From contig CAZCFX010000001.1 of the NCBI GenBank assembly GCA_964498085.1, positions 4,374-40,024 of the forward strand: a stretch of 35,651 nt of DNA, in the 5' to 3' direction. This DNA comes from an uncultured Gammaproteobacteria bacterium (lineage in GTDB: Bacteria > Patescibacteriota > Patescibacteriia > Patescibacteriales > UBA12465). The position numbers and the translations under genes were made by a program. Below the pieces are notes generated by a model. The model was given only the letters and a program-made list of their open reading frames with translations, was not told the DNA's origin and searched no databases. Below, in pieces: positions 15,907 through 26,158 of this stretch. How positions within the stretch are numbered: position 1 is the stretch's first letter; the number at the start of each line of letters is the position of its first letter.

Positions 15907-16824
15907 CTACTTCCCTGCCTCTTCGTTATTTTCGTTATTGGTGTAATAAACCTTATCGCCAAATCGTAAATCAAAATATTTTATATTTTTGAAATCATCT
16001 TTCACCTTTTCTTTGCGGAGAATAATTAGCTTGCTTAATTGTTTGTCTTGTGACTCCTTGATGCTAAACAGTAAAAATGGACCTTCTTTCAGATTGACTC
16101 TCAGGGTATCTGGATTCTTGTCGATAATTAATTTATCAATTTTTAGATCAGTAGAACTATTAATCTTCTGATATAATTCTAACATAAAATCCAAATATTG
16201 GCGATCCAAATCTACTCGATTATTTTCGCTACTCAAACCACGCTCATCAACAACTACTGGTAATTTGTTACGATCAGCACTTTGTACTCCTAATTCTTTG
16301 ATTAAATATCCTTCTGGATCAATAAAATAACAAGAACCATCAGGGTTTTCTAGAATTAAAGAGCAAGAACGTTCGCTGATATTAACAACAATCGTTTCTG
16401 GTATTTTTTTTGTCACTTTAACTTCGGAAAAATTATAGTTGGTTTGAATTTTTTCGGCCAAGTTTTTGGTAGAGAAAACAAATAAATTGCTCTGTTTAAA
16501 AATCAACCAGCGCCATTCCCCGCTCTGGCTAAAAGCTAAATTTGTTATCTCAGTATTGTTTATTCTGGTTAAACCTTTTATCTCAATATTTTTAACAAAA
16601 AACAGAGGAGAGTAAAAAAAGAAATAAAATAAAACCAATAAAGAAAAAGCAAAAATAATTAAACTAATCTTCAGTCTTTGAGAAATCTTCTGTTCCCTTT
16701 TGGCTCGACGATTAAAAAACGGATTATCAAATTTTCTATTTTGGTAATCTTTTTTGATTGCTTTTTTTCTTTTTTTTATTGTTGCCAAATAATCATTTCT
16801 TATTTGCTTCTTTTGCTTGTACAT
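15907..16824 (-). CDS. ftsQ: FtsQ/DivIB-like cell-division protein (POTRA domain)
   Basis: Basic N-terminal tail, one TM (ISLIIFAFSLLVLFYFFFY), then a POTRA-type start FFVKNIEIKGLTRINNTEI. The architecture and the position next to alr fit FtsQ/DivIB. Confidence 0.75.
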   Translation of the reverse strand: MYKQKKQIRNDYLATIKKRKKAIKKDYQNRKFDNPFFNRRAKREQKISQRLKISLIIFAFSLLVLFYFFFYSPLFFVKNIEIKGLTRINNTEITNLAFSQSGEWRWLIFKQSNLFVFSTKNLAEKIQTNYNFSEVKVTKKIPETIVVNISERSCSLILENPDGSCYFIDPEGYLIKELGVQSADRNKLPVVVDERGLSSENNRVDLDRQYLDFMLELYQKINSSTDLKIDKLIIDKNPDTLRVNLKEGPFLLFSIKESQDKQLSKLIILRKEKVKDDFKNIKYFDLRFGDKVYYTNNENNEEAGK

Positions 16825-16829
16825 AGAAA

Positions 16830-17981
16830 TTATTTTAGCACTTCCCTGCGGATTCGGCTATCCAGATTGGTTAAGATTTCATAAGGAATTAAATGTGATA
16901 AATCAGCTAGATTTTCTAAGGAATTTTGTTCTCCTTTGTTCCAAGATATAATTTCCACTTGGCTTCCTAATTGAATTTTTTCCTCATTTGTTTTTAGACA
17001 GGAAAGATTCATACAAATTCGACCAACCACCGGTGCCCAAAAATTTTTATTTTCGCCAATTATTTTAAATGATGCCTTGTTGGATAAATTTCTTGGCAAG
17101 CCTTCATAATAACCAAAAGGAATGATGGCTAAATTTTCTTTTTTTTCGGCTTGATAGGTTTCATTGTAGGAAACACTTTCTCCTTTTTCAATTTCTTGCA
17201 AAGAAACTACTTGTGAAAAAACTTTTAAGGCTGGCACCAAGGCTTTGGCGGCCTCAAAATGAGGATTACTAGGAGAAAATGGATTGTAGCCATAGAAAGC
17301 CAAACCGCAACGAAAAGCGTTTAATCTGGAGTTATTGAGCGTAAAAATACCAGCTGAATTTCCAAGATGAATAAATTCTGGATAAATTTTATTATTATTT
17401 AAAATATCCAAGCAGGCTATAAAATTTTGTTCCTGTTTTTTATTTAGAAAAGAATCGCTATCGGCGGAGGCGAGATGAGAGCAAAGACCAGTAATTTTTA
17501 CTCTTTTGATGGTTTCTTGATTTCTTAACAAAAAAGCCGACAAATCTTGAATCCCTTCTCGGTTCATTCCCGTGTTAACAAACAAGTGAATGTGAGGATT
17601 CTTAAATTTATCAGCTAAAAATTTAAGAGTGTTATCGTTATAAACACAAAATTCGGTTTTGTTTGGGCGGCAATAAAGATAAGCTTCGTGTGGCATTTCA
17701 CCGATCAGCAAAACCTTGCCGGAAAAATAACGATAAGCAATTTGTGCTTCCGGAAAAGAGTCGACAGCAACCATTTTTGCCCCTAATTGACTGGTGATTT
17801 CGCACAATTCTTTTAACCCATGACCATAGGCATTGGACTTTAGAACTGGAATTATTTCTGCTTGGGGCTGTAAATTTTTTAGTAAACGAAAATTAGCCGC
17901 CAAACGTTCGGTGGAGATTTGAATTTTATTGAGAGGATGATAATTTGGTTTACGAATTTTCTTTAAAAAAGAAATAAGCAT
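16830..17981 (-). CDS. alr: Alanine racemase
   Basis: PLP-lysine motif VLKSNAYGHG near the N-terminus. 383 aa, with the typical two-domain length and a C-terminal YE...R region. Confidence 0.88.
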   Translation of the reverse strand: MLISFLKKIRKPNYHPLNKIQISTERLAANFRLLKNLQPQAEIIPVLKSNAYGHGLKELCEITSQLGAKMVAVDSFPEAQIAYRYFSGKVLLIGEMPHEAYLYCRPNKTEFCVYNDNTLKFLADKFKNPHIHLFVNTGMNREGIQDLSAFLLRNQETIKRVKITGLCSHLASADSDSFLNKKQEQNFIACLDILNNNKIYPEFIHLGNSAGIFTLNNSRLNAFRCGLAFYGYNPFSPSNPHFEAAKALVPALKVFSQVVSLQEIEKGESVSYNETYQAEKKENLAIIPFGYYEGLPRNLSNKASFKIIGENKNFWAPVVGRICMNLSCLKTNEEKIQLGSQVEIISWNKGEQNSLENLADLSHLIPYEILTNLDSRIRREVLK

Positions 17982-17990
17982 AAAAAGTGA

Positions 17991-18734
17991 TTAATCCAGG
18001 GCTTCAACTTTTCCTTGGCCTTGATTTATTTTATCAAAATCCAAGGCACTTGTCATACTTTTGAGAGTGCCGCTTAATTCAGTATCGGCTTCAATGTCGT
18101 TAGCACTATAACGGATATTGGTTACTAGTTCACAATTTTTACCAACTTGTTGGACGCTTGGCGTTAAAGATATTTCCATTCCAGCAGAATAGGAAGATTG
18201 ATCTTTGGCCAAAGTGTTAACCCGCCAAATCAAAAGATGACGATCTTCTTGATAAGAAATAGTTCCAGCACTTAACGTTTTGTTGCCGGTGAAAGTGACA
18301 TTGCTAGGCAATTTAGCGCTCATTAAAAAGTTGTCTACTTCATTTCCGTTATTTTCTGCCTTAAAAAATAACCAATAAGTTGTTGGAATAGTGGCAATTG
18401 GTGGAATCGGGCCAGAACCTAATTGATCACCTTGCAAACTATTATACAAAACACTAGCTTGAACTTTTAAATTACTTGGAGCTTTTTTAGGTTTCTTTAC
18501 CACAACCGGTGTTTCAGTTGCTTGTTTGGTGGTGGTGGCTAATTCTTTATGAATTGGTGAATTGATATCGGCCATATTTGGATGATAGCGCCAAAGAAAG
18601 AATAGAACACCAGAAAAACAAATAACTATTGATAGTAAAAATATATCAACAATCAAATGGAGATAGCGACCACGATAAAATTTTTCGTAGCGATTATTGA
18701 AGCCTCTCATGATTTTTTTAAATGGATTCTTCAT
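17991..18734 (-). CDS. Membrane-anchored extracytoplasmic protein, unknown function
   Basis: 247 aa with one N-terminal TM (LHLIVDIFLLSIVICFSGVLFFLW), a Thr/Lys/Pro linker and a ~150-aa beta-rich domain. It starts 5 nt after the upstream gene's stop. Confidence 0.6.
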   Translation of the reverse strand: MKNPFKKIMRGFNNRYEKFYRGRYLHLIVDIFLLSIVICFSGVLFFLWRYHPNMADINSPIHKELATTTKQATETPVVVKKPKKAPSNLKVQASVLYNSLQGDQLGSGPIPPIATIPTTYWLFFKAENNGNEVDNFLMSAKLPSNVTFTGNKTLSAGTISYQEDRHLLIWRVNTLAKDQSSYSAGMEISLTPSVQQVGKNCELVTNIRYSANDIEADTELSGTLKSMTSALDFDKINQGQGKVEALD

Positions 18735-18738
18735 AGTT

Positions 18739-20739
18739 TTAATAATTTAAGATACCGGCAAGAATTTCTGCTTTACCATCTTTATTAATATCAGAAACGG
18801 AAATTCTTACTCCTTTTTTGAAGTCGTTATCATAGGCGTAATATTGAGATTTTAATTCTCCTTCGCCATTATAAATTGCTACTTGTGGTCCGCCTCCCTT
18901 TCCGGCACCGACCACAATTTCTTTTGTTCCATCACCATCAACATCGCCGGCAGCAACACTAACGCCACCACGGAAATTTTTTTCAAAAACACTAAATTTA
19001 TTTTTTAGTTTACCATCACTACTAAAGATTCTTACTTCGGAATTTAAACCACTTCCCGGGGTTACTATTATCTCTATTTTACCATCTCCATCTAAATCAG
19101 CAACTGCGACGCTAACACCACCACGGAAAACTCGATCAAAAGCATAAAATCTTTTCAATTCTTTTCCTTGGCGATCAAAAATTTTCACCCAAGGTTCATT
19201 TCCCTTGCCAGCACCAACAACTAATTCTTTCTCAGAATTGCCAAGAAGATTGGCAGCTGCCAAGCTAACATTATTTGGATTATTATCAGAATAGGCACGG
19301 AAATTTTTTAAAGTTTTCCCTTGGCGACTAATCATGATTTTGCCACCAACAGAATAAATCATTGCCTTGCCATCATTAAAATTAGTAATTAAAACATTGG
19401 CGGAACCAGGAACATTATCCAAATAAGCAAAGTAACCATTTTGGACATTTTGGTTTCTTTCATTCAAAACTCTCACGAAGTCACCATTAACAAAAGTGCT
19501 GTCTTTGATTTCGGTGTTCTTTTTCAAAAGAACAATTCCGTCGCCAGGAACTAATTTTACCCAGTTAACCTTTTGACCACTATTTACACCAACATCTTGA
19601 ACACCCTTAATCTTTTCAAAATTTTCTTTATTAAAAGAATAGGTTTGTGTTTTGTTGGTTGAATTAACTACCACAATACCGTTTTCAAAATCACGACGCC
19701 ATAAACCAGCCTGCCAAGCGGTTGATTTTTTATTTAATAAATTATAAGCCGTCCCTTCAGGATTGCCGAGAATAGTATCATATTCGTCATACCACCAAGT
19801 TTGTCCATGATTACTAACATCATAATCAAAGCTATAATAACCGTCAGATAATAATGAGCTAACTAAGCCAAAACGAAATTTTCGATAATCATTTTGGTTT
19901 TTGTTGTAAGAATTAAGAACGGTTAATTTTGGAGCTTTTTGAGAATTAATTGATGAAGTATAAGACTTCATGGAGTTAGCCCAACTATTATTGTTAAATA
20001 AGGACGGAAAGTTTTCCATTAAACGACCATTCAAATCTTTTTCAAAATTAGCGTTGGCTTGACCATTAGCAACAATTAAAAAATTATTACCAGTTTTCGA
20101 ACGGATTTGGGCTAAAAGATTTTTTGAACCTTTTAACCAACTAGCATTTAAAGTAGAAGCGGCATCTTTTTTGCCATCATGATTGAGGTCAATATTGCCA
20201 TTATTAAACCAAGAGATATCTGGCCAAAGATTGTCCAAAAAGACGCCATCCCAATATCCAGAAGCTTTTATTCGTTGATTAATAAAATTTGATAAATAGC
20301 TATTCCAAGAATCAGCACCACAATTACTGCCATCAAGCATTAAAGTGCCGGACCAAAAAGAAAGTTTATTTCCGTTTTGATCCTTGAGCCAATAATTTTC
20401 CTTAATTCCATTTCTTAATTCCGCGCGCATTGGTGCATAACCAGCATTAACATATTCCAAAATTTCTTCCGAAGTAATATAGGCGACAATTTTTATTTTT
20501 GGATTCAGTTCCCTAATTCTTCTTAATTGTTCTGGACTGGTTTCTTGGTTTTCCATATCCAAGATTAAAAAATCCCATTTGGCTAACTCTTCAGCTTCCT
20601 GCTCACTAATTTCATATTTCAAAAAATAATTAGCAATTTTTGGGGTGCCATCATTAGCGGCCAAAGCGAAAAGTGGCTGCGCGGTAAGCAGAACTGATAA
20701 GAAGCCGATAATTAAGGATTTGATAGTCTTTTTTGTCAT
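18739..20739 (-). CDS. Secreted protein: N-terminal TIM-barrel glycoside-hydrolase-like domain (GHL15/GH114-like) + C-terminal FG-GAP/VCBS repeats
   Basis: Signal peptide MTKKTIKSLIIGFLSVLLTAQPLFALA. The N-terminal half resembles putative glycoside-hydrolase-like TIM-barrel families (WDFLILDME...WDGVFLDNLW). The C-terminal part has repeated DLDGDGKIEIIV / DVDGDGTKEIVVGAGKGGGP / DINKDGKAEIL calcium-binding FG-GAP motifs. Confidence 0.7.
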   Translation of the reverse strand: MTKKTIKSLIIGFLSVLLTAQPLFALAANDGTPKIANYFLKYEISEQEAEELAKWDFLILDMENQETSPEQLRRIRELNPKIKIVAYITSEEILEYVNAGYAPMRAELRNGIKENYWLKDQNGNKLSFWSGTLMLDGSNCGADSWNSYLSNFINQRIKASGYWDGVFLDNLWPDISWFNNGNIDLNHDGKKDAASTLNASWLKGSKNLLAQIRSKTGNNFLIVANGQANANFEKDLNGRLMENFPSLFNNNSWANSMKSYTSSINSQKAPKLTVLNSYNKNQNDYRKFRFGLVSSLLSDGYYSFDYDVSNHGQTWWYDEYDTILGNPEGTAYNLLNKKSTAWQAGLWRRDFENGIVVVNSTNKTQTYSFNKENFEKIKGVQDVGVNSGQKVNWVKLVPGDGIVLLKKNTEIKDSTFVNGDFVRVLNERNQNVQNGYFAYLDNVPGSANVLITNFNDGKAMIYSVGGKIMISRQGKTLKNFRAYSDNNPNNVSLAAANLLGNSEKELVVGAGKGNEPWVKIFDRQGKELKRFYAFDRVFRGGVSVAVADLDGDGKIEIIVTPGSGLNSEVRIFSSDGKLKNKFSVFEKNFRGGVSVAAGDVDGDGTKEIVVGAGKGGGPQVAIYNGEGELKSQYYAYDNDFKKGVRISVSDINKDGKAEILAGILNY

Positions 20740-20765
20740 AAATTAGAATAATATTTCAACTCTTA

Positions 20766-20794
20766 ATTCTAACATAAAGTCTTATTAATGTCAA
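20766..20794 (-). promoter_or_regulatory. sigma70-type promoter of the FG-GAP protein-alr-ftsQ operon (TTGACA-17-TAGAAT)
   Basis: Reverse strand reads TTGACA (20794-20789), a 17-nt spacer, then TAGAAT (20771-20766), 27 nt upstream of ATG 20739. Confidence 0.6.
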
Positions 20795-20812
20795 TATATT
20801 TGGCAGATGATT

Positions 20813-20836
20813 CAAAAAAGCTGCCAAAAGGCAGCT
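20813..20836 (-). terminator. Rho-independent terminator of serS
   Basis: Stem AGCTGCC (20819-20825) / GGCAGCT (20830-20836). On the minus strand it is followed by TTTTTGAA. Lies 17 nt after the serS stop. Confidence 0.7.
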
Positions 20837-20852
20837 AATTTTTATTTTTTGT

Positions 20853-22103
20853 TTATTTTTTCTTTAATTCCCAGAGTTCTTCGGGTAAATATTTGTGTAA
20901 GGCTTCAGGAATTATTACTGTTCCCTCAGCAGTCTGAAATTGCTCCAAAATGGCTGGAAATAAGCGACTAGTGGCAAGACCTGACCCATTTAAGGTGTGA
21001 ACAAATTCGTTCTTTCCTGAGGAGTTTTTGAAGCGAATATTGGAACGACGAGCCTGGTAATCAAGGGCATTGGAAACTGAACTGACTTCTTTATAGATTT
21101 CCATGCTTGGAATCCAAACTTCTAGGTCAACAGTTTTGGCCATCGCTGCTGAACAATCACCGGCAGCTAATTTGCTAATTTGAAAATGAAGTCCTAATCC
21201 TTCCAGTAAATCTTTGGCGGAAGCAAGAAGTTCATCAAAAGCTGACCAAGAATTTTCTGGTTTGGTAAATTGGAACATTTCCATTTTGTTGAATTGGTGT
21301 CCGCGAATCATTCCCCGCTCTTCTTTTCGATAAGAACCAGCTTCTCGTCGGAAACAAGCAGAATAGGCATAATACTTCAAAGGAAGTTCTTCGGCGATCA
21401 AGATTTCATCACGATGATAATTGCTGAGCATCATTTCGGAAGTAGCATTCAAACATAATTTGTCTTCGGTCCAGAACAAGTCTTCACGAAATTTTGGTAA
21501 GTGACCAGAAGCATAAGCAGAAGCTTCATTCAAAAGATATGGTGGCAAAATAAAAGTATAATTTCTTTTATTGTGGTGATCGGCAAAGTAATTCAAAATT
21601 GCCCACTCCAATTGAGCACCAGCTCCTTTGTAAATCCAAAAACCGGAACCAGACATTTTGGCGGCTCGAGGGTAATCAATCAAGCCAAGTTCAGTGGCTA
21701 ATTCAACATGATCTTTTGGTTGAAAATTGAATTTTGGTTTTTCGCCAAAAGTATAAACAACTTTATTATTTTCTTTTCCGCCGGCGACAACATCATCAGC
21801 GGGCAAATTAGGCAAGGCAGAAATTTTTTCTTTCAATTCTTCTTCGATTTTGTTTAACTTTTCTTCTTCAATTTTTATTTCTTCACCCAAAGCTTTCATT
21901 CGAGCAATTGTTTCAGGGCTTGGTTTTTCTTTGGAAGAACGATTTCTTTCACTCTTTTTTTCTTCCATTGATTGTAAAACTGTTCGGCGAGAATCATCCA
22001 ATTGAATAATTGATTCCAAATCCAAATTTTCCGGAGACATTCTTTTGAGTAAAGCGGCTCGGACTTTTTCAGTTTCTTCTTTAATTAATTTTAGGTCTAA
22101 CAT
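20853..22103 (-). CDS. serS: Seryl-tRNA synthetase
   Basis: 416 aa. N-terminal coiled-coil arm, then a class II core with FRREAGS (motif 2 region) and LNGSGLATSRLFPAILE (motif 3 region). Confidence 0.93.
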   Translation of the reverse strand: MLDLKLIKEETEKVRAALLKRMSPENLDLESIIQLDDSRRTVLQSMEEKKSERNRSSKEKPSPETIARMKALGEEIKIEEEKLNKIEEELKEKISALPNLPADDVVAGGKENNKVVYTFGEKPKFNFQPKDHVELATELGLIDYPRAAKMSGSGFWIYKGAGAQLEWAILNYFADHHNKRNYTFILPPYLLNEASAYASGHLPKFREDLFWTEDKLCLNATSEMMLSNYHRDEILIAEELPLKYYAYSACFRREAGSYRKEERGMIRGHQFNKMEMFQFTKPENSWSAFDELLASAKDLLEGLGLHFQISKLAAGDCSAAMAKTVDLEVWIPSMEIYKEVSSVSNALDYQARRSNIRFKNSSGKNEFVHTLNGSGLATSRLFPAILEQFQTAEGTVIIPEALHKYLPEELWELKKK

Positions 22104-22107
22104 ATTT

Positions 22108-23685
22108 TTAACTAATTATTTCTCCTCCAAAACTTTGTAAAAAATTATTGATAAAGGCATTGCCTTTTGGTTTTTCTTCTTCTTTTTTTTCTTCAACTAT
22201 TTCCGGTTCGGAAGTATCTCGAGGAGTGACAACCAAGTTTTCATCGAGACGAACTTTTATTTTTATATCTGATGAATAAACTTCTTGCAAGGCTTGTTCT
22301 ACCAAACTCTTAATTTCTACTTGGTTAATACGATCACTATGTAGTTTGTATTTGAGAGCCAAAGTTAAAACACCATCTTTTATTCCTTCTGGTTTGGAAT
22401 TTTGCATGATGAAGGAAAGCGAATGATTGAGATGTTTAATTTTAATCAAAAATTCTACCCATTTTTTTTCTAAATCTTCATCACTAACATTTTTATTGAT
22501 AACTGATTCTGCTGGTTTTTCTGGTTTTTCAATTTCAATTCCTTTACTTACTGCGGCTGGTTTTTTTGGTGCTGACACCACCGGTGCTTCTGAGCTTAAA
22601 CACAATTCAATAATTGCTAATTCCAAAGGTAATTGAATAATCAAAGCATTCTTTTGTTCACCAGCTAATGAATTAAAGCGATTAGCAAAACGAATAATTG
22701 TTTCCAAACTTAATTTGCTTTGCAATTCATTAATTTTTAGTTCGATGTTTTCGCCAAAATCCAAACCAACATTTTCTGCTAATCCCGGACTAACCTTACT
22801 CAAAAGAAGTTTGCGGATTAATTCAACAGTTTCGGCAATAAAATTTTTAATATTAACCCCACTATCTAATAATCCATTAACCAAACGCAAAGCTTGCGCG
22901 CTATCTTTTTTGGCCAAACAATCTAATAGTTCCAAAATTTCTCGATTATTATTTTTTGGTAATACTAAAGCAGCTTTTTCTTGATCTATTTTTTTACCGC
23001 TAATCGCAATAATTTGTCCAAGAAGACTTTCGGCATCACGCAAATGACCGCCAGATTGTTGAGCAATTGCGGCAAGTATTTCGTCATCGGCTTCAATTCC
23101 CTCTTTGGCAATTATTCTTTTTAGTTTTTCAATAGTATCCACCAAACTAATTCTTTTGAAATCAAAACGTTCACAGCGAGAAATAATAGTTAATGGAACT
23201 TTGTGAATTTCAGTAGTACACAAAATAAATAAAACATGTGCTGGCGGTTCTTCCATGATTTTTAATAAAGCATTCCAGGCAGCCGTTGAAAGCATGTGAA
23301 CTTCATCGATAATAAATACTTTATATTTGTGTCCGTTTGGCGCCAAACGAGCGGAAGCAATAATATTTTCACGAACATGATCAACACCAGTATTCGAAGC
23401 GGCATCAATTTCAATAACATCCAAATTTTTTCCTTCATTTGAACTAATACAAGATGGGCAATGATTACAAGGTTCAGCTTCGTCAGATTTTCTCTCTTCA
23501 CAATTAACCGCTTTGGCAAAAATTCTAGCTAAAGTGGTTTTGCCAACTGCTCGTGGACCGCAAAAAAGATAAGCACCACCAACCTTGTTGGCAATTAGCT
23601 CATTTTTGATGGTTATTTTGATGTGGTTTTGCCCAAAGACTTGTGAAAAACCTTGTGGGCGATAATCGCGATAAAGAGTGGACAT
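22108..23685 (-). CDS. dnaX: DNA polymerase III subunit gamma/tau
   Basis: Walker A GPRAVGKTT, zinc module CNHCPSC, Walker B FIIDEVHMLS, and sensor/SRC motif IISRCERF. 525 aa. Confidence 0.92.
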   Translation of the reverse strand: MSTLYRDYRPQGFSQVFGQNHIKITIKNELIANKVGGAYLFCGPRAVGKTTLARIFAKAVNCEERKSDEAEPCNHCPSCISSNEGKNLDVIEIDAASNTGVDHVRENIIASARLAPNGHKYKVFIIDEVHMLSTAAWNALLKIMEEPPAHVLFILCTTEIHKVPLTIISRCERFDFKRISLVDTIEKLKRIIAKEGIEADDEILAAIAQQSGGHLRDAESLLGQIIAISGKKIDQEKAALVLPKNNNREILELLDCLAKKDSAQALRLVNGLLDSGVNIKNFIAETVELIRKLLLSKVSPGLAENVGLDFGENIELKINELQSKLSLETIIRFANRFNSLAGEQKNALIIQLPLELAIIELCLSSEAPVVSAPKKPAAVSKGIEIEKPEKPAESVINKNVSDEDLEKKWVEFLIKIKHLNHSLSFIMQNSKPEGIKDGVLTLALKYKLHSDRINQVEIKSLVEQALQEVYSSDIKIKVRLDENLVVTPRDTSEPEIVEEKKEEEKPKGNAFINNFLQSFGGEIIS

Positions 23686-23696
23686 AGGGCTTTATT

Positions 23697-26147
23697 TTAA
23701 ACTATTGAAGTGCGTCTGGCAATCTCCGCTTCTACAATACTGCGATCTTGGCCATATTTCAAGCGAGAAAGCGAACGAATTTTCTCGCCCATTTCTGGCC
23801 TTTCATTACCCAGAATCGGCCAGATAGTTTGGAGAGAAAAAGGACGCAAAGCAGTGTTATCAACTAATAATTTTAGGTAAGCAGTTCCCTTCGGAACGTT
23901 TACTAAATCATATTCATTAAAGGTTGGGGCAAATTCTTTGACTAAAAATTCTGCATCTTCAGCACCAACTTTGAAAGCAATCATCGTTCCGACGTTGCCG
24001 AAAACTGCATCTTTAATTTCGGTATTGTTATTTTTTGTTAATTGTCCAATGTATTGATGACCAATAATTAAGCCAAGGCCATATTTTCTGGCTTCAGAAA
24101 GAATTTGACAGATGGAGTTGGTGGTAAAGTTTTGAAATTCATCAATATACAAGAAAAAATCCTTACGTGATTCAGCTGGTAAATCAGTGCGAGAAAGAGC
24201 GGACATTAAAATTTTTCCCACCACAATCATTCCCAAAAGATAAGCATTACTTTCACCAATCAAACCTTTTGGCATATCAATCAAAATAATTTTTTGATTA
24301 TCCATCGCATCTCGGAAATTGAAGGAGCTTTTTTGCTGGCCAATAATTGGACGCATAATATCATTAGAAACAAAAGGAGTTAATTTGGAAGTGATATAAG
24401 GAACAATATTTGCTAGAGCAGCATCACCACCAGCTTTTTCAGCTTCTTTTTTCCAAAAATCAACTACAGTACTATTTTTGCATTTTGCTAATTTCATTTT
24501 GCGGAAATTTTCATCTGCCAAAACTTTTGGAATTTCCAAAAGAGTTGAACCACTTTCTGGATCGTCCATAATTAACAAAAGTGCGTTGCGCATGTATTGT
24601 TCAAACATTGGACCACCGGTTGCTTTCAAATCATACAACTTATCGAAAATACCAATTAATTCATTAATTACAAAAGTTTTTTGTTCTGGGTAACGAGGAT
24701 CATATTCCAAAAGATTCATCGCCATTGGACGCTGAGTATCTGCTGGTGAAAAAATAATAACATCCTCGGCTCGTTCAACCGGAATGCGAGAAAGAATATC
24801 AGAAATCAAATCTCCGTGTGGATCAAGTACACAAACACCATGACCATTTTCAATATCCTGGACAATCATGTCGGCTTGTAAGACAGATTTTCCAACACCA
24901 GATTTACCAATAATATAGGTATGGCGACGACGATCAGCTGGTTTGAATCTGATTTCTTTTTTGACGCCTCGATAAGTGTTGTAGCCCAATAAAAGTCCTT
25001 CGGAAGGCACTTCGCTTGGTGCTGGCGCTACTTTTGAGCTCAACCAAAGGATGTTTGGCGTCTCAGCATTCTTCAAAGGAAAATGAAATAAACTAGCCAA
25101 TTCCTCAGTATTCAGCAAAGAAGAAATCTTATTGTTAAATCGGCGATAAATAAAATCAGAAACCTGACGAGGAGATTTGATGGCGCGAGTCAAGCTGTTG
25201 CCATAAGAATAATGATTGTATTCCATAAAAGAATCGCCAATATTATTCAAATACATTGTGGCTTTTTCTTTACTCATTGTGCTCACTACTAGACGGATAT
25301 TAACATCTAGCCCAGCTTTGGAATTTTTTTCTTCCATGCTTTTTAATAATTCTTCTTCTTGCGGGCTGAGTTTTTTTTGATCAACTACTTCCTTTTCTGG
25401 TTTACCGGAAGAAGAATTAATAATACTGGAAACTTCATTCCAGAATGAACCAGTATTCATACCTTCTTTGATGGAATTTTTCTTTTGAATGTTGTGAATA
25501 ATTTTGCGAGCAACTCCGTGCCATTCTTTTCTGGCACTGCGAACAATATATTGAATAGCAATACTTTCGTTTTTCTCTAATTTGGAAATAACATTAATTA
25601 GAGAATTCATCGGGTCAACTTCCATTTTTTGGTAAGTGTGCAATGGGAAAATGTAGTGTTTTTTTGTTTTTAAATAAGCACCAACAATCTGGCTATAAGG
25701 AGTAAAAATATTATAGTCCGGAACTTCTTCAATAGAAGCATCTGGATAATGAGCGTGAATTTGCTGTTCCAAATATCGGGCTTTGTCTGTTGGCATCACA
25801 ACAAAAAAAGCAATTTTGCTGTTGCTGGCCACTATTTCAAAAGAAAAATGATCATTACGACCAAAGAGCCAAGACCCAAAACCTTTTTCGGCTTTTAGGC
25901 CGCCGATACTGGCGAAAATAGTTTCACTACGAGCAATTTCTTCGCGTAATTGTTGAGTAGTAAAACCTTGATCATCTCTGGATTTTTCTTTTGGTAATCT
26001 AATTAAAAAGACTGAATTTTTTTGATAACTATTTTTTGTGGAATAATGAAAAACAATTAAGCGAGCCAGGAGAAGTAGAACCACCAAAGCGGCAACAACG
26101 CCGATGATGATAATTATTAGTGTTAAATTTGAATCTAGCACAAACAT
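23697..26147 (-). CDS. Membrane-anchored FtsK/HerA-superfamily P-loop NTPase (VirD4/TraD/DUF87-like C-terminal half) with an uncharacterised ~370-aa N-terminal domain
   Basis: 816 aa. TM at aa ~8-33. Walker A IIGKSGVGKS (G414-S421, nt 24885-24908), then VLDPHGDL. Walker B-like DFFLYIDEFQNF (aa 663-674), then LIIGHQYIGQL. Family assignment is by motif recall, not a search. Confidence 0.7.
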   Translation of the reverse strand: MFVLDSNLTLIIIIIGVVAALVVLLLLARLIVFHYSTKNSYQKNSVFLIRLPKEKSRDDQGFTTQQLREEIARSETIFASIGGLKAEKGFGSWLFGRNDHFSFEIVASNSKIAFFVVMPTDKARYLEQQIHAHYPDASIEEVPDYNIFTPYSQIVGAYLKTKKHYIFPLHTYQKMEVDPMNSLINVISKLEKNESIAIQYIVRSARKEWHGVARKIIHNIQKKNSIKEGMNTGSFWNEVSSIINSSSGKPEKEVVDQKKLSPQEEELLKSMEEKNSKAGLDVNIRLVVSTMSKEKATMYLNNIGDSFMEYNHYSYGNSLTRAIKSPRQVSDFIYRRFNNKISSLLNTEELASLFHFPLKNAETPNILWLSSKVAPAPSEVPSEGLLLGYNTYRGVKKEIRFKPADRRRHTYIIGKSGVGKSVLQADMIVQDIENGHGVCVLDPHGDLISDILSRIPVERAEDVIIFSPADTQRPMAMNLLEYDPRYPEQKTFVINELIGIFDKLYDLKATGGPMFEQYMRNALLLIMDDPESGSTLLEIPKVLADENFRKMKLAKCKNSTVVDFWKKEAEKAGGDAALANIVPYITSKLTPFVSNDIMRPIIGQQKSSFNFRDAMDNQKIILIDMPKGLIGESNAYLLGMIVVGKILMSALSRTDLPAESRKDFFLYIDEFQNFTTNSICQILSEARKYGLGLIIGHQYIGQLTKNNNTEIKDAVFGNVGTMIAFKVGAEDAEFLVKEFAPTFNEYDLVNVPKGTAYLKLLVDNTALRPFSLQTIWPILGNERPEMGEKIRSLSRLKYGQDRSIVEAEIARRTSIV

Positions 26148-26158
26148 AAAGATAAAGA

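Noticed and set aside
22989-22995. A7 run (GGT AAA AAA ATA on the coding strand) in dnaX as a possible gamma/tau frameshift or slippage site
   Set aside because: It occurs at about codon 230 of 525, before the end of the clamp-loader core domains. A truncated product would therefore lack domain III. The heptamer is not in the X XXY YYZ phase. The other A-run (22181-22200 region) is only ~20 codons from the C-terminus.
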